The notes under the pieces were generated by a model. That model was not told the DNA's origin. It saw nothing but the letters and a program-made list of their open reading frames with translations, and did not search any database. The position numbers were made by a program, and so were the translations under genes. From Tubiluchus corallicola (lineage: Eukaryota > Animalia > Priapulida), in NCBI GenBank assembly GCA_030141605.1, contig JAQGDQ010001265.1:1-34556 (forward strand): a DNA stretch of 34,556 nt. The letters are read 5' to 3'. Within the stretch, counting starts at the first letter, position 1. Each line of letters opens with the position of its first letter. Shown one piece after another: positions 23,853 through 34,556 of the stretch.

Positions 23853-24545
23853 GAGAGGAAGACATTCAGAAGTACATTCAATATGGTCCACCTGTGTAAG
23901 AGAAAAAGACATTCAAAAGTACATCCAATACGAACCACCTGTGTAAGAGAAAAAGCCCTTCAAAAATACATCCAATACGGACTACCTGTGCAAGAGAGAA
24001 AAAAAATCAAAAGTACATCCAGTACGGACCACCTGTGTAAGAGAAAAAAATTCAAAAGTACATCCAATGTGCGTCCACCTGTGTAAGAGAAAATGACATT
24101 CAAAAGTACATCCAATATGGGTCCACCTGTGTAAGAGAAAATGACATTCAAAAGTACATTGAATATGGTCCTCCTCTGTAAGAGAAAATGACATTCAAAA
24201 GTACATCCAATATGGGTCCACCTGTGTAAGAGAAAATGACATTCAAAAGTACATCCAATATGGTCCACCTGTGTAAGAGAAAATGACATTCAAAAGTACA
24301 TTGAATATGGTCCACCTGTGTAAGAGAAAATGACATTCAAAAGTACATTCAATATGGGTCCACCTGTGTAAGAGAAAATGACATTCAAAAGTACATTCAA
24401 TATGGCCCACCTGTGTAAGAGAAAATGACATTCAAAAGTACATTGAATATGGTCAACCTGTGTAAGAAAGAAAGACATTCACAAATACTCTCAATATGGT
24501 CCAGCTGTGTAAGTGAGAAAAACATTCAAAAGTACATCCAATATG
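23823..24545 (+). repeat. 46-48 bp minisatellite, array 4 (starts in the last codons of gene B)
   Basis: About 15 units, the first being AAG TAT ATC CAA TAT GGT CCA CCT ATG TAA gagagg... Confidence 0.95.
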
Positions 24546-25453
24546 TTTAATGCTTGGAAAACAGAGTTTTTAGTTTTTAATTTTGATTCAGTTAATCAAA
24601 GCAAATATTCTTTTGATAATTCGGGCATAATTTCAGCTGGAATAATTTCAAGTTATCCTGCTTACTGCAATGTTTTTGTTCATGTCTGTATAGTCGAATT
24701 TGTTCCTATTTTACAAACATGGCTTGCCCCCATTCAATAACATTAAAATGTAAAAACTTCAAAATACTCTTTGCTGTCAGTTCAGCCTCTTGAAATTTTA
24801 TTATGATAAGCATCACAAAGTATGTACCTTGTAAAACTTCCATTGGGGAGCCCATTTCTTTTCTCGTGAAAAAAATTAACACTGTTTTCCTTATTGTCTT
24901 TTAAAAATTATTTGTTGCTGCTATGATTTAGATTTTCATTTTATTGCGTTATAAGTAAATAATCTTTAATGTTTTTGGCATATATATTAATTAAACATAA
25001 ACAAATTATATTTGCTTAAAACCGTACATTCTTAAGGTTTTTTGGTCATTTTTTCAAGTTTTTTGCTCTGCAGAAGTTGTTATACCAATATCATTCTGGT
25101 GTAAATTTAGTCTTTGTTATTATGTATTTTACTTCTCATATTATGCCTATGTAATGTGTTATGCATTATGTGTATATTGTGATAGATTATTGTACACTTT
25201 GTCTTACGATTGTTATGTACTTTACTTATATTGTCCTTGTATATCTGTGTATTATTGTATCTATGTATGTAAATGAGTATTTCTAGTTGTTCCTGGTTTT
25301 AGTTTTGTGCACAATAATTTATAGTTTTGCACCGGACGCATTTGCTTTTGGCGGTGCTTTAATAATTATTAATTAGTTCTTAAAACTCTGGATTTTTATT
25401 TTTATTGTGATCTATTTTATGGCAAATAATAATGATATATATATATATTATAT

Positions 25454-25494
<41 letters not shown>

Positions 25495-25555
25495 TACTAT
25501 ATTATTATTAAAGTTATATTATTATTATATTGTTATATATTATATATTATTATTA

Positions 25556-25593
<38 letters not shown>

Positions 25594-27991
25594 AACGTTC
25601 GCACCTGAATATCACATATTTTGCCTAAGCTTGTCACATGACTAAATGTTACATAGTCGAATTTGTTCCTATTTTACAAACACGGCTTGGTCCTATTGTT
25701 CATAAAAATCACTTGAATATGGGTCCACCTGTGAAAGAGAAAATGACATTCAAAAGTACATTCAATATTGTCCACCTGTGTAAGAGAAAATGACATTCAA
25801 AGTACATTCAATATGGCCCACCTGTGTAAGAGAAAATGACATTCAAAAGTACATTCAATATGGCCCACCTGTGTAAGAGAAAATGACATTCAAAAGTACA
25901 TTCAATATGGTCCACCTGTGTAAGAGAAAATGACATTCAAAAGTACATTGAATATGGTCAAGCTGTGTAAGAAAGAAAGACATTCACAAATACTCTCAAT
26001 ATGGTCCAGCTGTGTAAGTGAGAAAAACATTCAAAAGTACATCCAATATGTTTAATGCTTGGAAAACAGAGTTTTTAGTTTTTAATTTCGATTTAGTTAA
26101 TCAAAACAAATGTTCTTTTGATAATTCGGGCATAATTTCAGCTGGAATAATTTCAAGTTATCCTGTTTACAGGCAACATTTTTGTTCATGTCTGTATAGT
26201 CGAATTTGTTCCTATTTTACAAACATGTGCTAGCCCCCATTTAATAACATTAAAATGTAAAAACTTCAAAATACTCTTTGCTGTCAAATCAGCCTCTTGA
26301 AATTTTATTATGATAAGCATCACAAAGTATGTACCTTGTAAAACTTCCACTGGTGAGCCCATTTCCTTTCTCGTGAAAAAATTAACACTGTTTTCCTTAT
26401 TATCTTTTAAAAATTATTTGTTGCTGCTATGATTTAGATTTTCATTTTATTGCATTATAAGTAAATAATCTTTAATGTTTTTGGCATATATATTACTTAA
26501 ACATAAACAAATTATATTTGCGTAAAACCGTACATTCTTAAGATTTTCGGGTCATTTTTTCAAGTTTTTTGCTCTGCAGAAGTTGTTATACCAATATCAT
26601 TCTGGTGTAAATTTAGTCTTTGTTATTATGTATTTTACTTCTCATATTATGCCTATGTAATGTGTTAAGTATTATGTGTATATTGTGATAAATTAATGTA
26701 CACTTCGTCTTACGATTGTTATGTACTTTACTTATATTGTCCCTGTATATCTGTGTATTATTGTATCTATGTATGTAAATGAGTATTTCTAGTTGTTCCT
26801 AGTTTTAGTTTTGTGCACAATAATTTATAGTTTTGCACCAAACGTATTTGCTTTTAGCAAAGTTTTAAGTTTTAACACTGAGGATTACGATTTTTATTGT
26901 GATCCATTTTATGGCAAATAATAATAATAATATATATATATATATAATATTATTATATTAATATATTATTATTATTATTACATTATTATTATTATATAAT
27001 TATTATTATAATATTATTATTATTATATATAAACTTTCGGACCTGAACATCACATATTTTCCCTAAGCTTGTCACATGACTAAATGTTGCATAGTCGAAT
27101 TTGTTCCTATTTTACTAACACGGCTTGGTCCTATTGTTCATAAAAATCTTCAAAATACTCTTTGCTGTCAAATCAGCCTCTTGAAATTTTACGATGATAA
27201 GCATCACTTTGTAAAACTTACACTGGTGAGCCTATTTCTTTTTTCGTGAAAAAATTTAAACTGTTTTCTAGATTGTTTGATGTGCGCGTGATTTGTGGAT
27301 TGGATATTATTCATTGATCTGCGATTCAGATTTTGATTTTATTGTATTAAGATTAAATGTTTTCTGGCATATATTAATTAAACAAAAATAAATTATATTT
27401 GCTTAAATCCACTACATTCATTAAGCTTTTTGGGTAATTTTTTCAAGTGTTTTTGACATTATGTAGAAATTATTATAATATTTATACCAATGGCATCCAG
27501 GTAGACCTTCGTACCTGAACATCACATATTTTGCCCAAGCTCATTAGCTGACCAAATGTTGGTATGGAAGGGTTCTAACTGAGAGTTTAGTGTTACATTA
27601 CAATGGGCTAATACAAAAATGTATGTCTGTATAACATTAGATAGCAATACTTAGGCTGGTATCTGTATATAAACAAGTTAATTTCTCGGGATTTACAGCA
27701 TAATTATTAAACTTTGTTGTAATATACAAAAATAGTAAGTGCACTTTTTAATTAGCATAAAATCAGACGCAAATAACATGTTGTCATTATGTCTGACACA
27801 ATTTACAAAGGAAAAATCACCTTTACATAAGCACTGAGTGAAACCTGCTAACATGATAGCAATTAATGTTGCTATACTTAATTAAGAATGAAAGAGATGC
27901 TATTCAGCTCATAATGCAAAAATTACTTTACAAAAGTGAAGTTATTTCCCATTCATTAACTGAGGATGTCAAATTTTTGCTCATTGTTACT
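24546..27991 (+). repeat. 3' flank of gene B: about 1.5 kb internal tandem duplication (24546-25712 vs 26051-27146) and homology to the gene A flank
   Basis: Colinear near-identical blocks, each with a TA/TAT microsatellite. Confidence 0.9.
25713..26050 (+). repeat. 46-48 bp minisatellite, array 5 (about 7 units)
   Basis: Direct reading. Confidence 0.93.
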
Positions 27992-30852
27992 TGATATGAT
28001 AAGTTTTTATACAAAAAAGTTAGAATGCTAACTTCGTGACACTTTCCATGAACATTAGGTGAGCTGCAGAAGTTTGAATTAGTTTAATTAAGCTGAGCAC
28101 TCTTACGAGAAGCCACGAAGTTCACCAGTTGCATCATAATCTTCAAGTGAGCTGCAGCTACCACTGCACCTGAATATTTCTATGCAGTATAAATTATAAA
28201 CTACAGTGTAAGTTAAAATAAGCTTTACAGACAGTTTTTTCAAAATTCTTTTTGTATTAACAAATAACTAATGTAATATAAAACCAATCAGCTGTAAATG
28301 GGATCTTGTCTTTATGATGATACTGCGCAACTTAACAAATCAGCTGTAGATGGGATCTTGTCTTCATGATGACACTGGCTGGCTGTTCACGTTTGTTTGC
28401 TTTGTCTTAGAGTTTGAATTAGAATCAGTAAATTAAGATCATTAATTTCATTTAATTTGGTTATTATACGATAATGTGGCAAATCCTGTAGGTCTAAAAT
28501 TCTATATTTTGTTTTGACTAATTAGAAAAGTTCCAGAAAAAACAAAATATTTTTACATCAAATATGTTGAAAGTGTTTTAGAGCTTTCGGTTCTTTCTTG
28601 AATTTGGAATCATGCTCAGCTGTGCCTCGATTTGCCAAATTATAAATTATAAAATGCAATATAAATATAATATGTAAATTATTATATATTACAAATTATA
28701 TAATAGCCCTAAGATTGTGGTATAATTTTAAGATATTAAAAAAAATTTACATAGTTTTGTGTGGCAGTGTTAAGCTACTCTATTGAAAGTACAGAACATA
28801 TTGAACTGTATTGTGGACGTAGAACAAGATGTAGCTAGGATTTTTGTTACGTTTTTTTGTATGCTTCTATTTGCTATCCATTTTTTTGCGGCTTAACAAA
28901 ACCCACAACTCAATTATCTGATTGTATCTGTTGAGAACAACAGCAAAATCATTCTTTTATCTTCCTCATAAATCATAAGACATAAGACATTTATTTCACC
29001 TTACACATTTACAATGGTTACTTATACAATATCTAGTGAAAGGGCCTACAATGGATATAATACAAATAAGATATACTGCACAGGAAAAGCCTCAAACACT
29101 GTTCACTTATACACGAAGGTAAATGTGTTGCGGGCAATCAAAAAGCAGGGCTTGTTAGATTGTCCCACACTGTGAAAGAAAAAAAGTAATGGAAATAATC
29201 TGAAAATTTAAAGTGAATCGATAAAGAAAACATTTAGTGCTTAAAATGGAATGATGTAATGAATGAAGCTCATATATGAGATGATATAAAAGATAGAAAG
29301 ACTATTATTTGTTAATAGTATGTAAAATTAAAATAGCTTGATTAAGTCCTATTACTTCCTATTACTTTATTAAAAATCTTGTTACCTGTAGATGCTCCTA
29401 CTTACAGGAAAACGAAATACACACACTCGCAGCTCATGCTTGAGCACAGCTGTAAATTTTAAATTGGAATTTTTATCTTAAGACTTGCCTAGGTTAGTAC
29501 AACACACTGAATATCTTACGGTTGCTCTGTACTTCAATTTTCGCTTTCGCAAACACGTGCAGCAAGCTCGTTGAGTGTTTTTGAAGTTGAAAATTATGTT
29601 AGTTTCTGAGGGGTTAGCAGCCAAAATTCAACTCTCAAGTTTCCTCCTGATGACTCCAAAAATCTGTAATTGTATTTGTCTTTTTGTTCTCCTTACTCCT
29701 TTCGTAACATACTCCTTGCAAAATATTATAACTATACGTACACAAAATTTCTCTCCATTAACACAAACTATTTTATAATTATTAATTACACTCCTGCAAA
29801 AATAAAAACGTAATCACCTCTCAAAAAACTAAAACTATAATATGTAAAACATACTCCCATGACTCTCTTTCTCCAAACTGTTTTTTATCGCTATCCTGTT
29901 CTTACTGACCGATCTGACTTTTCCTTTTTCACATTTATTACATAATTCTTTTCTCTCTAGTACAAACTACATATACTAACAATTGCCATGTGCCACTTAG
30001 CTGGTCGGCCGCTGCTTAGCGATATACTTCAGTACAACATAAAGACATGTGCTCGCACTCAGCATAGCCACTTTGGTTATCGCATTTCTAGGACCAATTT
30101 TTACATTGGTTTTCATAAATAATTAAAATGTATACTTTTACCGTACTTGAAAATGGGGTAAAATATTAGCGGGACGACTAGTATTTCAACGTAGTAAAAA
30201 TAATACCATACACTAAAGCACAAACCAAACAATGCTAAAATACACACGCAATGCAAAACACAAATCGAGCAATAATAAGGACATGTTCTAGAAAATACTA
30301 CTAATGAAATATAAAAAAAGCCTTGCTAGTCAGCTCTTACAGATGCTATACACCTTGTAAAGCTTAAAGGTGTCCACTAAAAGAAGTATGCACAAATTTT
30401 TTATAAAAAAGGGATAGAAAATGATAAGTAAACGATGTTGTCTACTCAGTCCATTGCACATTGTCTGTTCTTGGGGCACTCTCCACATGATCTTTTTTAA
30501 TACCGATCTAAATGATAACTTACTTTAGTAATACTATTAGAAGTGTGTAATTGCTGACTTTTTCCACATTACTAAGCATAGGTATGAGAGATGGAGAAAC
30601 GTTGGCTTAGCAATAGTCCTACACTCTCCATCTGCCACAGGTGAGCTTCTTACAATGTGACAGGTTTAAAATCTGTTAAGTAACGTGGATTTTTTACTTC
30701 CGTTCCCCACTTTAATGTGCTTATTTGTCTTTATCTAATATTTCATGGACGGATTTCTGACTTCAAACAAGCCTATGTTTTTAAGGTTTTTTATTTGCCT
30801 ATACTGGGCGTGAGTTTTCCTGGAAGTTGGCATATCCGTATCTTACTAATAT

Positions 30853-31185
30853 CCTTACCTTAGACCTTAGTCTTTCCCGTGCAGGGATGCACATTGGGCA
30901 GACAGCATTTTCCACTGGGTTCTATCGGCGACTTCTCTTTCGATGTTCTCCCAACGTCTGTTCATAGCCCGAAGGTCTTCTTTGAAAGATCTGCGCCACG
31001 TTGTTTTTGGCCGACCTCTTTTCCTTTTTCCACCAGGTGGTTCCCAGCGTAACGCTATTTTGGAGTGGCATTGTTCTGGTAGGCGTAGAATATGACCAAC
31101 AAGCAGTCTCAGCCTTCTCTCTGCGACTATTTCCTGCAACCGCCTTGACTGCGCCTGCTGTAGGACTTCCGCATTGGTAACACTT
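30853..31185 (-). mobile_element. RTE-type LINE 3' fragment
   Basis: VTNAEVL...RRLRLLVGHILRLP...KIALRWEPPGGKRKRGRPKTTWRR...ADRTQWK, classic RTE C-terminus; short taag-type tail after the stop. Confidence 0.88.
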
Positions 31186-31935
31186 ACTGGGTTAAGTGGT
31201 TTAAAGCTGCTCCAATAAAGTAACTTTCTGCTGTGTGATTTGTGATTTATTTGTATTATTATTTTACTACTATTATTATTACTATAGTATTACTATATTA
31301 TTACTATTTTACATGACAACTAAAAAATAAAAGTGTTTTGCAAATAAATGAACAAGTTCTTAGTAAAGCTTAAGAAAAAAGTTATGGTGTTCCTAAAAAA
31401 AAATTTAGCACTTCTGGATGTAAACGTTTTCTTTATGCTCTTTATAATTTTAGATGATTTATTTAGGTACAGTGTTTTGATTCATTGTCAATGAATCAAT
31501 GTTTCAATGTCTAATTCATGCTGTAAATGCATTTAAAACATTATCTAACCCTAACAAAGATAAGGTCATTGTAAAAACTTGAAAATGGCAAAGTTTTGGA
31601 TATGTTCACAAACTGCATTAAAATTTGGCATACTGATTTGCCACCCAGTTTTTAATTAATAGTTCCAGTTTGATTTTTGTGGCAGGCTTGCAAACAGGAA
31701 CCCAACCAATACAGAATTATTTACTACCAACGAAATATTGAAAAAATGGAACAAAGGGTTACCACATTGTTTTAATTCATAATTGTAAATTCTTTGCAAA
31801 AACAACAGGAGAAAATTTTTTGCATTGTTCTAAGACAATTATTGTTACTGAAATTGAGCAAAAGTTCCACAGCGTTTTAGAAAGTCGTTTCTTTGAACAA
31901 TTGAAATTTTTTTCAAAAGTTTGTTGTAGTCAACC

Positions 31936-32569
31936 ATGTTCGACAATAATTTTTTGTTTACTGCATTGATATTTGGATATTTCATTGTTATTATATTTAA
32001 ATCAATTCAGCAGACACACGGAGTACATGTGACCGTGCATGGATGTGGAACTGTATGGTGGAAAGGAAACTGTACTTTTGCTGTAATTGCTGAGGGCTAC
32101 AAATCCTGTGAAGTTATGTGTGGTATAAAAGAGCCACTTGATAAAATAGCACTTGGTGAAGTAGTTGGTACACTGAAAAATAAGTTATTAGAAATCAGAA
32201 TTTTTAACTACGATGATCCGACTTTACCTGATTACTTTCTAGACGAAAAACAAGTGAATCTTTTGAAGATTATATTGTCTAAGAAACTCGAAACTATTGG
32301 CAGTGAAGCTTTCTATGGAGACATTGACAATATAATATTGGAGGACAATTCTGAACTAAAAACGATACATCCCCATGCTTTTTCAAGATTAGAGAACCTA
32401 ACCATGTTGAGAATCCAGAATTCGTTAAAACTGGAAATAACAAGCTTAGACTTTTCATCAAACCCAAAGATCTCAATGTTTGCGATAGTATCAACAGCTA
32501 CAGATTATTTAACAAGGCCGATCTTTCCACCAAATCTTCCAGCAGAGAGCATATCCTTCTATATTGGGG
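31936..32569 (+). CDS. First coding exon of a secreted/membrane leucine-rich-repeat protein (3'-partial)
   Basis: caaccATG context just after a ttgtag acceptor; hydrophobic N-terminus, Cys-rich cap, LRR-like units (LETIGSEAF, LKTIHPHAFSRLENLTMLRIQN); G|gtaagt donor at 32570. Downstream exons not identified. Confidence 0.75.
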
Positions 32570-32796
32570 GTAAGTTGTTTTTTCGAAATGCCTGATTTCT
32601 GCAAAAAAGCACATGACCGTGCGAAAGTATGCACGTTGCATAGTAGATTTACCGCACATCAAAAATTATCACCAAAAAGTTTTTTTGGTTGAATAAAGTA
32701 ACCTCTTTAAAAGCAGTAACTAACATGGTTTGCTCTTTGCCCTGTTATTGCGAATTATTCAGAATAATTTGATAAAATTGTGTTCTTTGCATGCGG

Positions 32797-32842
32797 GTGT
32801 GTGTGTGCGTGTGTGTGTATGTGCGTGCGTGCGTGCGTGCGC
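32797..32842. repeat. (GT)n/(GCGT)n microsatellite
   Basis: Direct reading. Confidence 0.9.
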
Positions 32843-33789
32843 ATGCTTGGCCGCGGTCTGCTCACTATCCTCTCTCCTTTTCACTTATACTAGCCATTAG
32901 GCCCTATCTGCCTGTATACTGTGGAAGTTGGAATTGTACATTTTTAATTAGGTGCTGCCATCTATGAACTAATCCTGTTACATTCTACCAGCTAAATTAC
33001 CCCCAGTATAATTGTATGGTGCAGTGAATGCATATTCACTGGTTCTCTCCCTATTTTTAAGTAATGGTTGTTGTAAAGCCTGTGCAAGTCTGCATAGGTC
33101 ACCTATACCTGTATATACTGACTGGTTTTGCTTTCTAGTCACTCTCACTCTCAGTGTTTAGTGCAGCAGTCATGCTACTCATGTGTCTGTAGTTTTAAGA
33201 AACACTTTTCTGTTGTGCGCAGTGCAAATAAGTATTACAGATTTTTTACTCTTGTTCATACTTCTGTGCCTAAACTCAATCATAACAAAGTGAGTGATCA
33301 ACAACTTCAAACATGACTTTCACATATACTGTTCAACTATTGCACCCTTGTAGACTGGAAGCTGTTAATGTACATTTGTAAATTGGAGAAAAAGGTAAAT
33401 TTCAGTTCGATTCAATTCGTGTTTCTGTCACACCACGAAGTGATAATCTTATACAGTGAAAATTGCATCGTGTCATTGTTTGGCGTTAACAACATCAGGA
33501 AATTTTTCTTTTTAGTTTTGCAAATTTCTTCATTTTTTGATGATACACGTGCAGTGAGGTAATCTAATATTTCCTGGGTTAATAGTAATCTGTTAACGCA
33601 TTTGTTTCTGGGTAAAATGAATATGGTAGAAAATGTACTATTGCAACAGATTGAAGTAAATTGATTGAGCAGTTGTTGTAGACTGAAGTACATAGATGAA
33701 ACATTAATGTTAATTAAAGTGCATGGCTGGAACTGTATGTTTCTGCACGTAGATGAAAGTGTTGTAATCACTTACTGTACTTACTGTAC

Positions 33790-34556
33790 TTATTGAAGTG
33801 CACAGACGAAGCTGTACTGTTAATGTAGATTGAAGTGCATACATGAAACTGTACTGTTAATGTAGATTGAAGCGCACAGATGAAGCTGTACTGCTAATGT
33901 AGGTTGCAGTGCATAAATGAAGCTGCACCGTTAATGTAGATTGAAGTGCACAGATCGCACAGATGTACCTGTGCTGTTAATGTAGATTGAAGTGCACAGA
34001 GGAAGATGTACTGCAAATGTAGATTGAAGCGCATAGATGAAGCTGGACTGTTAATGTAGATTAGAGTGCATATATGAAACTGTACTGTTAATGTAGATTG
34101 AAGTGCACAGATGAAGCTGTGCTGTTAATGTAGATTGGTGTGCACAGATGAAGCTGGACTGTTAATGTAGGTTGAAGTGCATAGATGAAGCTGGGCTGTT
34201 AATGTAGATTGAAGTGCATTAATGAAGCTTTACTGTTAATGTAGAGTAAAGTGCACAGTTGAAGCTGTACTGTTAATGTAGTGTAAAGAGCACAGTTGAA
34301 GCTGTACTGTTAATGTAGTGTAAAGAGCACAGATGAAGCTGTGCTGCTAATGTAGATTGATGTGCACAGATGAAGCTGTTCTGTTAATGTAGATTGAAGT
34401 GCACAGATGAAGCTGAACTGTTAATGTAGATTGAAGTGCATGGATGAAGCTGAACTGTTAATGTAGATTGAAGTGCACAGATGAAGCTGAACTGTGAATG
34501 TAGATTGAAGTGCACAGATGAAGCTGAACTGTTAATGTAGGTTGAAGTGCATGGCG
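33790..34556 (+). repeat. 37-bp minisatellite running to the window end (degenerate units from about 33640)
   Basis: Unit gtgcacagatgaagctgtactgttaatgtagattgaa. Confidence 0.95.

Noticed and set aside
23883-24740. Overlapping short ORFs (MSFSLTQVD..., MVHLCKR...)
   Set aside because: Frame-shifting products of the 46-48 bp minisatellite and duplicated 3' flank.
28975-29760. Possible LINE remnants (reverse cataaga tail near 28975; FRFRKHVQQ-like peptide near 29535)
   Set aside because: Too decayed to delimit or classify by eye.
30867-31139. 90-aa ORF as a host gene
   Set aside because: It is the C-terminus of an RTE LINE ORF, 5'-truncated.
33354-33558. Candidate second exons of the LRR gene (33354-33394; 33516-33558)
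   Set aside because: Phase-compatible AG/GT pairs exist but the peptides show no LRR pattern and one resembles the adjacent satellite.

Overview
AT-rich eukaryotic (invertebrate-like, possibly lophotrochozoan; taxon is inference) genomic window with spliceosomal introns and one assembly gap (20542-20961). The core is a head-to-tail pair of paralogous + strand genes reconstructed by hand from GT-AG sites. Copy B is complete (5 exons, 14066-23852, about 276 aa): signal peptide + PAN/Apple-like domain + short linker + a single divergent galectin-fold domain. Copy A has exons 2-5 in the window (835-5363), with exon 1 presumably upstream. The two galectin-like domains are only about 40% identical, carry different substitutions at the canonical sugar-binding positions and show few synonymous differences. 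Both genes run directly into a 46-48 bp minisatellite whose unit is the last codons + stop + start of the 3' UTR, followed by nearly identical multi-kb 3' flanks. The first coding exon of a secreted/membrane LRR protein starts at 31936. The rest is repeats: hAT MITEs with 8-bp TSDs, a solo LTR, RTE and CR1/L2-type LINE remnants, an inverted pair of hammerhead-like motifs, 75-bp and 37-bp satellites and microsatellites.
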